Shown one piece after another: positions 13,640 through 28,205 of a stretch of DNA of 64,000 nucleotides. The notes beneath the pieces were generated by a model. That model was given only the letters and a program-made list of their open reading frames with translations. It was not told the origin of the DNA and did no database searches. Origin of the DNA: the human T2T-CHM13v2.0 reference genome, Homo sapiens; the NCBI RefSeq assembly GCF_009914755.1, contig NC_060928.1. One strand, 5' to 3'. The position numbers were made by a program, and so were the translations under genes. Position 1 is the stretch's first letter, and every line of letters begins with the position of its first letter.

Positions 13640-15172
13640 GCTTCTGCAAAAATACCCTAAAATGTGGAAGTGACTTTGGAACTGGGTAACAGGCAGAGGT
13701 TGGAACAGTTTGGAGGGCTCAGAGGAAGACAGAAAAGTGCAGGAAAGTTTCAAACTTCCTAGAGACCCTGAGGGCTCAGAATACATGAAGACGTGGGAAA
13801 GTTTGGAACTTCCTAGAGATTTGTCTAATGGCTTTGACCAAAAGGCAGATAGTGGTATGGACAATAACGTCCAGGTTGAGGTAGTCTCCAGTGGAGATGA
13901 GGAACTTGTTGGGAACTGGAATAAAGGTCACTCTTGCTATGCAAAGAGACTGGCTGCATTTTTCCCCTGCCCTAGAGATCTATGGAACTTTGAACTTGAC
14001 AGAGATGATTTAGGGTATTTGGGGGAAGAAATTTCTAAGCAGCAAAGCATTCAAAAGGAAGCAGAGCATGAAAGCTTGGAAGATTTGCAGGCTGACAATA
14101 CTATAGAAAAGAAAAATCCATTTTCTGGAGAGAAATTGAAGCCTGCTGCAGAAATTTGCATAAGTACCAAGAAGCCAAATGTTAATCACCAAGACAATGG
14201 GGAAAATGTCTCCAGAGATGTCAGAGATCTTCAGGGCAGCTCCTCCCATCACAGGCCATGAGGCCAAGGATGAAACCATTGTTTTCTTGGCCAGGCCCAG
14301 CTCCCCCCTGCCTCATACTGCCTAGGGACTTGGTGCCCTACATCTCAGCTGCTCCAGCCATGGCTAAAAGGGGCCAAGGTATAGCTTAGGCCATGGCTTC
14401 AAGGGTGCAAGCACCAAGCCTTGACAGCTTTCGTGTATATTGAGCCTGCAGGTACACAGAAGTCAAGTATTGAGGTTTGGGAACCTCCACCTAGATTTCA
14501 GAGCATGTATGGAAATGCCTGGAAGTTTAGTCAGAAGTTAGCTGCAGGGGTGGGGCCCTCATGGAGAACCTCTGCTAGGGCAGTGACAAAGGAAAATGTG
14601 GGGTGGGACCCCCTACACAGAGTCCCACTGGTCACTGCCTAATGGAGCTGTGAGAAGAGGGTCACCATCCTCCAGACCCCAGAATGGTAACTCCAGTGAC
14701 AGCTTGCACGTGTACCTGCAAAAACTGCAGACACTCAACACTAGCCTACAAAAACAGCCAGGAAGGGGTTGTACCCTGCAAAGTCACAAAAGCATGGCTG
14801 GCCAAGACCATGGGAACCCACCTCTGGCACCAGTGTGACCTGGATGTGAGTCATGCAGTCAAAGGAGATCATTTTGGAGCTTTAAGATTTGAGTGCCTTG
14901 CTGGATTTCGGACTTGCATGGGGCTTGTAGCCCCTTCATTCTGGCCAATTTCTGCCATTTGGAATTGGTGTTATTTACCCAATATCTGTACTCCCATTGC
15001 TTTTGATTTACAAGCTCATAGCCAGAAGGACTTGCCTTGTTTCAGATGGGACTTTGCACTGTGGACTTTTGGGTTAATGCTGGAATCAGTTAAGATTTTG
15101 GGGGACTATTGGAAAGGCATGATTGGTTTTGAAATGTGAGGACATGAGATTTGGAAAGGGCCAAGAATGGAA
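13640..15172 (+). mobile_element. THE1C/D-int MaLR internal region with gag-like ORF remnant (13710-14261) and PPT
   Basis: aaatgtggaagtgactttggaactgggtaacaggcagaggttggaacagtttggagggctcag; peptide WESLELPRDL..CPRDLWNFEL..EISKQQSIQ; purine tract before the 3' LTR. Confidence 0.92.
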
Positions 15173-16106
<934 letters not shown>

Positions 16107-17842
16107 TATAGTGAAATGATAACTACATTCAAGCAAATTATTCTATCCATCACCTTTTATAATTACTTACTTCCCCTTAAACAAGAGTGCCTAAAAATCT
16201 ACTCTCTTAGTAAATTTTCAGTATTCAATACAATATTGTTAACTATAACTCTCATGGTCTACATTAGAGCTCTAGACCTATTCATTCTACATAGCTGCAA
16301 GTTCATAACCTTTAACCCACTTCACGTCATTCTATTTATTTCCCCTGATTTCCCCAGTAATCACTGTTCTATTCTCTGTTTGCTATGTATAAGTGAAATC
16401 ATGCAATATTTTTCTTTCTGTGTCTGGCTTATTTCTCTTAGCCTAATGTCCTCTGGGTTACCAACATGAATGTTGTGACAACATGAATGTTGTCACAAAT
16501 GGCAGTATCTCCTCCATTTTTAAGGCTGACAAGTATATATATATATAATTCATATTAATATATTATTTTCAATCCATTTATCTGTCAGTGGACACTTAGG
16601 TTGTTTTCATATCTTGAACATTATGAGTAATGCTGCAATGAACATGGGAGTAAAGCTTGTTTTACTAGGTGCTATTTGCATTTCTTTTATATCTAGCAGA
16701 AGTATTGTTGAATCATAAAGTAGTTCTATTTTTAATTGTTGGAGGAAACTCCATGTTTTCCAGAATTGCTGTACCAATTTATATTACCATCAAGAATGTA
16801 CAAGGGTTCCCTTTACTTCACAGCTTCACCAACAATGATGATCTCTTGTCTTTTTCATAATTGTCATCTTAACAGGTGTGAGGTAATATCACACTGTGGT
16901 TTCGATTTGCATTCCACTGCTAATTAGTGATGTTGAGCACCATCTTATATATCTGTTGGCCATTTGTATGTCTTCTTTGGAAAAATGTCTATTCAGGTTC
17001 TTTCCTCATTTCTTAATTAGGTTATTTGTGTTCTTTTTTCTATGGAGTTGTGTGAATTCATTATGTATTTCGGATGTTAACACCTGATCAAATATATGGT
17101 TTGCAATTCTTTTTTTCCCAATCCTTAGATTCTCTCCACTCTTCATTCTGTTGATTTTGTTTTGTTTTTGTTTTGTGTGTGTATGTGTGCAGGAGCTTTT
17201 TAGTTTTATGTAGTCCCACTTGTTTATTTTTGCTTTCGTTGCCTGAGCTTTGGGATTGCAGATACACACTCTCAAATGCTGCTGAGAAGTCAAGCAATAT
17301 GAAAGTGAAAAAAATTTTTATATTTACTAACAAAATGTCTATAAAAATTTTGACATCTATTATTGCCTGCCTCTATGGTGAAGTTCCTACTGAGAATGTG
17401 GAAGGTGTTGAAATTTAAGGTGTAGTTGAAGGAACTGGCCTAAGACAGAAGGAGTGGTATCTCATTTACTAAAACAAACAAACAAAAGTAATAAAAATAG
17501 ATGAGTCTACACTATAATTGGTTTCATGGCTTCTGTTTACACTGATGAGTGAAAGAGTGTTGAACAAAAAAACATATGAGGAGAGTGGAGAAGGTTTAAA
17601 CTTCCAGTTGACAAAAGAAGATTATGATTACGGTAAAATCCAATAGATAGCAGTGATGAACTAACACTTGAGATTAATAGTAGCAACAAAGGATGAATGG
17701 TGAATCTAACCTTGATCATGAGCATTGTCTGACAGTAGTCATCAGTCCAACTGTTGGTCAAGAGAAGGTGAACAATTTCCTCCATTCCAGCATGAATTGG
17801 GCTAGGTTTCCATGGCAAAGGTTAATAAAAAATATAATTGTG

Positions 17843-18193
<351 letters not shown>

Positions 18194-18447
18194 TCATTGT
18201 ATATTTGAGAAAAGGATCAATTAAAATTCTTAATTTTCCCATTTTTTCTTCTAACTTCTTGCATTAAAACAGTACTGTTCTCTCATATTTTTTATTTATA
18301 TATAATTTCAATTATATATTGCAATGATTTTTTTTTCAGGATAAACTGTGTTCTAACTACTGTTTTTGTATAATAACCCTAAACTTAATGACATAAAAAC
18401 ATTTGAAACGTACATGAATTCTGTAGGTTAAAAGTTCAACCAGGAAC

Positions 18448-19098
18448 TATAAAAGAAAGAAATGCTCTGGACACTTGTTAAAAATGGCAAGGAAACTGTA
18501 GTCCCAGCTACTCCAGAGGCTGAAGCAGGAAGATCACTTGAGGCCAGAGTTTGAAGCCAGCCTTGGCAACATAACAAGACCCCATCTCTAGAAAAAGAAA
18601 AAAAAGACGAGGAGACTTCAGTCAAGACTCTTGCAATATGGATCAAGACTGTTTCAATAAAAGAGAGCAATTATATTCAACTTCACTGAAAGAAAAGGTG
18701 GGAGAATTTTAAAATGTTGGAATAAGCTAACGGAAAACTATTAGCAAAGGCATTAGCAGATGACATTAGCAAAGAAATTGGTCAAAGTGACTATGTCATC
18801 TATCTTTGCTTGAAGTGAGACTCCTAACCTCCCCAGAGATTCAAAATTAGGGACAATATCTCCTTAAATGAATATACCTTTCAAAGGGATTGTTCCTTAA
18901 ACTTTGACGGAGACATTCCTTGTAAAACTGGTGAGAAGAGGGAAGAAGCTTTACATCTCATAGAGGCAGAGAAAAAGTTTATAATTGCAAGTTGTTGTAA
19001 GTAAATGCTCTAGAAAAGAAAGGTCATGGATCTGTAGTCAGGAAGAAACCTGTCTAAGATTAGTCAAGTTGAGAGGAATTTTAAGGCCTTCTTGTTCA
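18448..19098 (-). mobile_element. MER67-type ERV1 solo LTR
   Basis: Minus strand TGAACAAGAAGGCCTTAAAATTCCTCTCAACTTGACTAATCTTAGACAGGTTTCTTCCTGACTAC; possible TSD gaac/gtac. Confidence 0.75.
18496..18605 (+). mobile_element. 5'-truncated FLAM-type Alu monomer inside MER67
   Basis: ctgtagtcccagctact..agatcacttgaggccag..gccagccttggcaacata..gaccccatctcta plus A tail. Confidence 0.8.
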
Positions 19099-20049
19099 GT
19101 ACAGGGATGAGCTTAGCTGTTTTCCACAGGGTATGGGTTTCAGCTGGAAAGACATGAAGGTTAGAGGTGATTCTATGGCTGGGGGAAGGGATGACTTTTC
19201 TCATATAAATAAAGGTTGATGCTAAATGTCAGCTGGAACCTCTGCTGGGATGTCAGCTGAAACACCTGCTCTCCATGAGGGCTAACTTTAGTTTGCTTGC
19301 AACACAGTGACTGTATTCCAAGTGGGAGCATCCCTAGAAACAAAATAGATGTGTGTGGCATTAATATAATTCAAGAAGAGTTGTGGAGTCACTTTCACCA
19401 TGTTTCCAGGTTCAGGGAGATGATTATGTGAGTTGGAAGGCATCGTTGTGTCTATCTACAGAAAGCACACTCTGCCATGGTCAGAAATACTATTGGCCAA
19501 GTATAATATTTATTAGGAAAAATTAGATTTATATTTCTAATAAGATGGGATCGTTGTATGCTTTGTTATCTTTTATTTAGAATCGTAACAGAATGTCTAT
19601 ATAATAAATTAGTGGAGAAAGTTATTTTGAACTTGCATTATTTTCAGTATGAATTTTGGAGTAGAATCCACTTATAATTTAGTTGAATTTAAAGAGGGAA
19701 TAGCTTTACTCTTATTACTATCTTGTAACTGTCAATTGTAATTGTCAATTACAATTACAGCCTAAACTGTACCGAAATTCCTAGGGAATATTTTTCTAAA
19801 AGAGCCATAAGACAAGGGTGTGTTCTGATTCTTAATTGCAAGTAATTAAAAAGGCTCATAATCCTTGTTTAACCAAAATCATTTTGAGCTTTCCCCTAGG
19901 GAAAAGGTGGTATTATTTATTTATGGCTATACTATAATTCATATATATGTATTTATATAATCGCCATACCAGACTGAGGAATCAGAATTAGTGTATAGAA
20001 AAACTAGGTACCATCCTAGAAACTAATATCTGAAATTCACTTTTTTTCT

Positions 20050-20170
20050 TGGAATATTTGTTGAGTCTCTACTTCGTGTCAGGCATTGGGATAGGCACTG
20101 TGATAATTATTTGATGAGCAAGACATGGTACCTACTTGGAAAGCCCATAGTGTCCATAAGTAAGCATGCA
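20050..20170 (-). mobile_element. L2 3' fragment
   Basis: aatatttgttgagtctctact..gtgtcaggcattgg..aggcactg. Confidence 0.6.
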
Positions 20171-20830
20171 ATAATTTTCATATATTAAAAATAAACATTT
20201 TACTCTGAGTTGTTTTTGAATGATGCAGAAAAAACACAATGTATTTTCCAAATTAGTTTCATATTTCTTTTGAGAAATAAAAATATGAATAAGTAGAACT
20301 TAATTATTTGATTTGCAGAAATAATATGAATACAAATCTTCAGCTATTCATTGCTACTTGCTTTTGGAAAAGCAGAAGACTAGATGCTATATACATATGA
20401 GTAGCCCTTAGTAAGCAGAAACCCCACTTCTCTCAGATGGTATGTATAATCCATATTGTAAAAGAGATCATCTATTAAAATATATATTGTTTTATACTTT
20501 ATTTCCTTTTCAATTGCACAGGTTTTATATATTATGCTGTTACATGGCAGGAAAATCTAAATTTCTGATCTGAGGAAACCCTAGTTTATGAGAAGCCATA
20601 AATTTCAGATAAACTGGGGTTTGCTGCTTTGAAGGTTACGTTGGTATACACCCAACAGATATAATAATAATTCACATTTTATATATTTTGATACCTCTTT
20701 AAAATATTCTAAATGTAAAAGCAATAACAATTTTTATTTATTTTCAGAAATGTCGGTTCACTTGTTCTTAGAAATTGATGTATGAGTTTAAATTTATACA
20801 ATTTAATTTAATTTAATTTTTTATTTTCAA

Positions 20831-21209
20831 AAATTATTTATTTTATGGATTTAGGGGTACAAGTCCAGTTGCGATACATGAATATATTGCGTAGTGGTGA
20901 AATTTGGGCTTTTAGTGTACCCATCACCTGAATAGTGTGCATTGTACCCAATAGGTAGGATGTTATCCCTTGCCTCCCTCCCTCCCTCCCACCCTCCCGC
21001 ATTTTGGAGTCTCCAATGTCTATTACTCCACTCTGTATGTCTGTATGTACCCACTGTTTCGTTCTGACTTCTAGTTGGGAACACACATTTTTAAAACTTT
21101 TTGTTTCTCAGTCATTTCACTAAAGATAATGGCTTCCAGTTCTATCTTTGTTGCTGTAAAAGACATAATTGTATTCTTTTTTATGACTGAGTAATAGTAT
21201 ATTGTATAT
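20831..21209 (-). mobile_element. L1PB-like 3' fragment
   Basis: ggggtacaagt..atattgcgtagtggtgaaatttgggcttttagtgtacccatcacc; ORF2 C-terminus MSFTATKIELEAII. Confidence 0.85.
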
Positions 21210-22329
21210 AAAGTCAGTATCTTGATTAGCTTTTGATTCAGGTTAGATTTAGTCACAAATATTCCAATCTCCAATGCAATTATAACGTAAAGTGTGAATC
21301 ACTGCACAGCATGAGTGACCTGAAAGCTTTATTATCGTCTTCCCCAGATTTTGTAGTGTCATGGTGGAATGGATGTTTATAATTGCCTTTGATGAAAGTC
21401 AATGGTTAACCAGTGCACATGTCAGAAGTTGTAATAGGAAGAACAACTAATAGAAACTTAAAGATTTGGTAGATAATTATTATTTTTATTGTTGTTCAAT
21501 TTGTTGCATTTGAAGTTTTGCTTGGTCTAGACAACTTAACAAGCCACATGTTTTGTTAGTTTTGGCAAAAAACAGAGTTCAATTATAGTGTCTTAAAAGC
21601 TCAAAATAAGAAAACAATAAAAGCTTTACCTATGATTCAAATATACTTGAGTAGGAGCTTTCTCTAGAAAAATCTCAAAGATGTGGGAAGTCATGAAATA
21701 GTGACACATTAGGGAAGAAAATGAATCTTGGTAATATTTTAAGAACACAAATTATATTCCAAGTTATTTTGCAAAGTGTTCAGTTTTATTTCTAGATTGA
21801 GTATGCACATTAGGCAGTCTGTCTTTATTATTCGGCAGGATGAAAATCTGCATAGGACTCCCACAGTGTCTATAATGTAAAATAACCTCACTGACTTGTT
21901 ATTTGAATTATTTTGACACTTATCACAAACAAGTTGAAAAGTCAGAATGATCTCAATTCTGAATAAATAATAATAAAAATATCCATATATCAATGTAATT
22001 AAACATATGCATTTATATTTTTCTAGGTGTGCACCATATATATTACTATAACATTTTCTATAGGTCCTGCAAAAACATTTATATCAAGTTCTCTGTCTAG
22101 TGACATATAAATATAATATTACATTTGCTTATGACAAGTGAATTAGAGATGAAAGCTATGGATCATTTAAAAATAATATAGTCATATTAAGTTGTGAAAA
22201 TAGTTTGGAAATAAATTAGCTTAATAATTGACTAGGTTTTCCCTTCCATTGCATATGCATGTAAAAATTGAATCACTAAGACAGAACTTCTGTACATAAC
22301 CTAAATATTTACTGAACTAAAAACAAATC

Positions 22330-22638
22330 ATAGCTAAGTGAAATAAGCCAGTCACAGAAAGACAAATACTGTTAATTCCATTTACATAAGATATTTAGAA
22401 TAGTCAAATTCATACGCAAAGAAAGTGGAATGGTAGGTACCAGGGTCCGGGGGAGGAGAGAATGATGAGTTATTGATTCAAGGGTACACAGTTTCCATTT
22501 TACACGATGAAGAGTTATGGAGATATATGGTGGTGGTGGGTGCACAACATTATGGATGTGTTTAATACCACCAAGCTGTATACTTAAAAATGGGTAAGAT
22601 GGCAAATTTTGTTATATGTATTTTTCCACATAAAAAAA
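22330..22638 (+). mobile_element. L1MB-like 3' end
   Basis: gctaagtgaaataagccagtcacagaaagacaaatactg...tatacttaaaaatgg..aaattttgttatatgtatttttccaca plus A. Confidence 0.85.
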
Positions 22639-24971
22639 CATGGAAAAATATTTTTAAAGCCTCACAAACTAAAAAATCTTAAGTGTCAAAATAGCCATCT
22701 CAGGTGTGAATACAGAACAACCTTCTATACATGAAAATTAACTTTCTAATCTTAATGTACAACTTACTGCCATGTTGTGTAGGCTTAGTATTAGTGATGA
22801 ATTGATAGCTAAGTTATGTATTTTAAACTATAACAATGCCTTCTTTCTGTTCTTTCTCAACTTTCTGTTCCCCACTGACCTCCTTTGCCTCTTCATCCTT
22901 CCCTTCTTGCTCATCCTTTCTCCTCATTTTTCTACTCATATTCCAAAAGTAAATATTAAAATTATGTCCTTATGATAAGAAAAACTAATCATCTTAGCAA
23001 TGGTCAAATCAGATGCAATTAAAATTTTCAATTTTGCTTAAACTTGCCTGAGAAATGGTGAATAAATACCACTTTACTTATCTCAGCATTGTATATTCAA
23101 TATTAAGGAGCATTAAAAGACTTTAAAATGAAATTAATTTTATTTCAAGGTAAAGTAAAGCATGCTTATTCTGATGATTTCTTATCATGAATGGTTTTAA
23201 ATAACCTAACCAATAAGCATTCAATTAACACTTTTTTCCCGTCCAGAAATATTTCAAACTCTTTTCTATCCCCGAACAACAACATTGCATGATAAATTTT
23301 CAAATTTTAATCAAAAGTAAAAATATAAAATTCAATATATCCCTACTATACCATGTTGGATTTAATATCACAGTGAGTCAGATAAGAGTTTGAGCTGTTG
23401 CCAATTTGTTAATTGGAAGACCAAGAGGAGAGAAAGCTCAGAGAGCTCAATTTAATACATTGGTTATTCAGTATATTGAGTAATAAATTAGTAGCTAGAA
23501 AGAATGAATACATTTCTCTGGTAGTTTATCATGCAGTAGTAATTTCAGCCTTACATGTAATATGCCTCTAGGTTCCATCCACATATATCACAGGTGGAAT
23601 TAAAGTCTATTTAGTTTATGAAAGTGTTACCCTCAAAAATAAAAGCAAATCTGTATTCAGCTGAACTATCCAGAAAATGGATGCAAGACCCTCTGTTTTT
23701 GGATTATGTAGAATCTTGTGCCTTTTCCATATCAGAATATATTTGTAAACATGGTAGTGCTCTCTAATTTCCAGCTGTATTCAAGAATATAAAAACATAT
23801 TTTCAGAAAACTAAATTAGAATTTAAAATACAATGCACATATATGGACAATAAATTATATAAGAAATAATCAGTAATTTTATATTTAAATCTTTGAATCT
23901 GTTTTTCTTTAATTATTTCCACATTAATTATTTTGTGTTACATTATGGGTTTCATGAATTAGGTAATTTATTTTATTTTTTGGGAGAAAGTTTCTGGTTG
24001 TCTCTGCTTTTAATACAATTGACCATTTATGCCTCAGTGAAAGTATGTAAGCATTATTTAATACATTTATGGACCTGAATCTTTGGATGTGCAAATGTAT
24101 TCTTCAAAGTAAATTACCCCTCCACTTTATAGAATTATATGGGTAGAGAGTAAAGTAAGATCTCCATAAAATGTCTTATTTGTGGTGCTGTTTTCTGCTA
24201 TAAGAGCTTCCATTTTGTCAAAGGAGAGACTGAGGTCATCATCCTTTACACACTGGCTAACACCCTGGTAATGAACAATCATTCAAGACATCATTTTAGA
24301 GGCTGAGTTGAGTCTTCTGTAAGGAAAATGGCAACCTGTTTGGATAATGTTATTATGACTTAATTAAAACAAGAACACTGCACAGGTCTTCTCTTATGGT
24401 ATATGTTTCTCAAGTTTTACTAATTAATCCTTCCCAGTGGGAAAAATGCTATTAACACAGAGTTGGGATGTTATGCTGAATGAATGTAAACGTTATAAAT
24501 AATATTTGCTTGTTGAATTAAACACAAAACACAACATTAAAAAATGAATATATTAACATTTTCTATTTCTAGATATTCATATAAATAAAATATTTAATTT
24601 CTTTGCAAACATTAGAGCAGAAGTGAGAATTATCAATATATCCTTTAAGATATCACCCTGTCCTAATAAACTCATTAATGAATTTTTCTTAACTTTCTTT
24701 TAAAATGGTGAAAAATGCATATTATTCCATAAAATTGTAATTCATTCATCATAACACTATTTTATTTAAAGCTGTAATACACTGATATGTTGAAATAAAG
24801 TTTATTTTTAAAATTAGTATTTAACACTATGTAAGAATATTAATTGCATCACACTTTTGGAATCATTGAAAATATATAAATTCGGATACATAAAATAATA
24901 TGATAAAATTAAAAAATCCTCTGATACCTATCAATGCCCTAATTTATTATCCTGTTAACAATGATGTAAAA

Positions 24972-25200
24972 CAGGGGTGTCTAATCTTTTGGCCTCCCTG
25001 GTCACAGTTGAAGAAGAATTGTCTTGGGTCACACATAAAATACATTAACACTAATGATAGCTGATGAGCTAAAAAAAATTAATAAAAATAAAATAAACTG
25101 CAAAAAAATTTCATAATGTTTTAAGAAATTTTACAAATTTGTGTTGGATGACATTCAAAGCCGTCCTGGGCCACATTGGGTCACAGGTTGTAGAAGCTTG
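24972..25200 (+). mobile_element. MER30 hAT-Charlie DNA transposon (MITE)
   Basis: CAGGGGTGTC...AAGCTTG; 8-bp TSD atgtaaaa/gtgtaaaa. Confidence 0.92.
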
Positions 25201-25921
25201 GTGTAAAAGAAAGAAATTTCATTAATTTAAAATACTTGCCCTTTGGATCTGACCTAGTGCCTAGACTTCTCTAGCACTAAGTGTATTTTCAGTCACATTG
25301 AGGAAGATTTCTTCACCCCAGAACTATTGCTCACATTCTCCCATATAGTAGCGGTTGCCTATTTTATGTTTGACTAAAAAGTGTTGGTAGGCCAGCCCTC
25401 CCCAATGTGTCTCCAATTTGCTTAGATGCTAATTTGGAAAGTTCCATTTTTTCTTTGAAAAAAAGGGAACAAAATAAATACATTATTTGCTGAGTTACTT
25501 GAGAACTAAAAAGTCACTCTTGTAAATGCTCTAGATAAATTGTAGAGTCCAGACAAGTGGGATTAATATTTCAGCCAAAGTTAGAAATCAGAGTTGGGTT
25601 TTGATTTTTAATGGCATGTAGCACAGAGACACCCACAACTTCTCTGAAAAATACACATTCCTTATAGGGCTCTTGAAGAACATATAGGCAAGAAAGATAA
25701 AACTAATGGGAAACAAAGTACTGCTTTATTATCGTTGAGAAGCCATTATTTTTGTTGGAAGAATTGTGGGACCTTATAAAGCTGAGTTTGGCATGAGCCT
25801 TAAGCCAAAAACTTAAGTGGGGTCTTAACCACAAAAGCCACAGTCCACATTTAAAGTCAGCAGTAAAGACATCTTTTTAAATTTATTTCTCCTGCCCAGC
25901 TTTACTTTCTCCCTTTCTTGG

Positions 25922-26432
25922 TGTTTCAGGTTAATTGTACTAATGTCCCTAATTTTCCACTACTCCCTCTATCTATGCCCTTTGCATTATAAGTTTGCAG
26001 TGCCTCCATTAAGAGGCAAAGTCTATTTCTTCATCCTTGAATCTGGGATGGCCTGGCCTGGTCAGTAGAATGCAGTAGATACGACAAGTAATTTCCGAAC
26101 CTAGACCTGAGAGGCTTCTGTTTTTTCCACTCTCTGCTTTGAAGCCCTTCATCTGCAGTGAGAACAAGTCTACATTCTTCTGCTGCAGAATGAGATAGAA
26201 TGTGGAGCACAGCCAAGTCATAACAGCCAAGGCCATGTTATGTGATCCAGGTCCACTCAACCCACAACAGATAACTGCAGACATAAGAACAAGCACCGTT
26301 AAGATAGGTTGAATCCAACTATCAGTGGAATCACCCAGATGACTATAGACTTAACACAAATAATAAATGTTCATTGTTTTACACCAACTAGTTTTAGAAT
26401 CTTTCATTATGCAGAAATAGCTAAATAATACA
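25922..26432 (+). mobile_element. Old MLT1 (H/I-like) solo LTR
   Basis: ccttgaatctggg..ggcctg; ends ttgttttacacca..gcagaaatagctaaataataca. Confidence 0.7.
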
Positions 26433-26625
26433 ATTCAATGTTTGACTCCTCATTCCTTTGTACTTCTATCTCATGTGATATGCCTGTTTTTCTGCATGAT
26501 CTTTAGTGAAATGGTGAAATAAAATATGGGCACAGTCAACCAGCCTAGTCCAAACTCCAATCTGTTTCAGAATTTGATGAAAACTGGGTTAACATTTTAC
26601 CAGAGACTTGTTATCACGGTTTTCA

Positions 26626-26757
26626 TTTTTTTATTTTATTTTTTTAGACAGTCTCACTCTGTCGCTCAGGCTGGAGTGCAGTGGCATGATTTCAGCTCAC
26701 TGAAACCTCAGCCTCCCGGGTTCAAATGATTCTTGTGCCTCAGCCTTCCAAGCACTA
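26626..26757 (-). mobile_element. Truncated Alu right arm
   Basis: T tract followed by agacagtctcactctgtcgctcaggctggagtgcagtgg. Confidence 0.9.
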
Positions 26758-27252
26758 CAGTTTTTAGAAAAGTATGTACCGCTTTGATGAGCTGATAAAC
26801 TAAGCTGAGAATGACAATATAAGAACCCTCAGAACATCATTGGGAGTTTAGTCTTTCTCTACCTGAAACCAGAATTTTTAGTTATATGTCAATACATTAT
26901 TTTTTCAAAAAAAATTAACTGAAGCAAGTACAATTTGGGTTTCCATTAAAACCAAACATTTCTAAGTAATACAGGGTTTTATAACTGTCTAGTCACAAGG
27001 GAGAAGGAATTTCAGAAGACTACAAGGAGATACTGTGGTCAGCAAGTTGCTCAGTATCAAGTAACAGAGAACATCAAAGAAAGAACAAAGAAAATGAACA
27101 TGCATCTTTTAATACATAGTAGCTCATTTCCAAATAAACATGCCCCAAAGCATTGTTTTGAATATATATTATTCTATGGTAAATCCATTTTCCTTTGAGC
27201 AGGAGGTGGGATTATTAGTAGAATAAAAATAAATTCTATTAAAACAAATTTA

Positions 27253-27567
27253 GGCCAGGCATGGTGGCTCAGGCCCGTAACACCAGCACTTTGGGAGGCT
27301 GAGGTAGGTGGATCACTTGAGGCCAGGAGTTTGAGACCAGCCTGGCCAACATGGTGAAACCTTGACTCTACTAGAAAATACAAAACACTAGCTAGGTCAG
27401 GTGACACACGCCTGTAATCTCAGCTATTTGAGAGGCTGAGGCACGAGAATCCCTTGAACCCGGGAGGCGGGGCTGCAGTGAGCCGAGATTGCATGTTCAT
27501 TGCACTTCAGCCTGGGTGACAGAGTGAGGTAAGACACTGTCTCAAAAAAAAAAAAGAAAAGAAAAAA
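27253..27567 (+). mobile_element. AluS (Sz-like)
   Basis: Full dimer with A tail. Confidence 0.92.
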
Positions 27568-27969
27568 ATTTTTAAAAAGACTACAGATATTACTTCCTAC
27601 TACCTGCGTTAATACCTCCCAGCCCTATTACTAGGCACTGAGGTTGAAAAAATTAAATTATATAAATCTTTCATTGGCAAACACTGTAACCACTAAAAAA
27701 TGAGCAATTCTCTCTTCAAAGCTGAAATCAAAGTATATCTCAGAATTTCATTTCAACTATGGTACATTCTGGAATGGAATGAGAAGAAACATCAGACTGA
27801 TAACTTTCTACGTTGCTTACAATTATAAATATACTGTTCTGTTTTTCCATGTGCCTTTGTTTGAGTGTGTATGCATTCAGCAATAGCATCTTATATTTAA
27901 AGCTGCTAGATGAATCAAGCAAGCTTGTCAATTGTCCTGTAACAGACTCATAATAAATACCCCTATTTA

Positions 27970-28205
<236 letters not shown>

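Larger units (their letters stand above)
18345..19470 (-). mobile_element. Old MLT1 (G/H/J-like) MaLR LTR split by MER67
   Basis: 'taaccctaaacttaatgacataaaaac..ttctgtaggt' on the left and 'gttgatgct..tgtcagctggaacctc..tgtcagctgaaacacct' on the right. Confidence 0.55.

Noticed and set aside
13712-13820. ~50-bp internal duplication in THE1-int as a locus-specific novelty
   Set aside because: As I recall, this duplication is part of the THE1C/D-int consensus.
13710-14261. 183-aa ORF as a domesticated gene
   Set aside because: It starts at TTG, is a standard MaLR gag-like remnant, and is followed by frameshifts; there is no evidence of selection.
26626-27567. Head-to-head inverted Alu pair as a strong dsRNA element
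   Set aside because: One partner is only ~110 bp and diverged, with a ~500-bp spacer.
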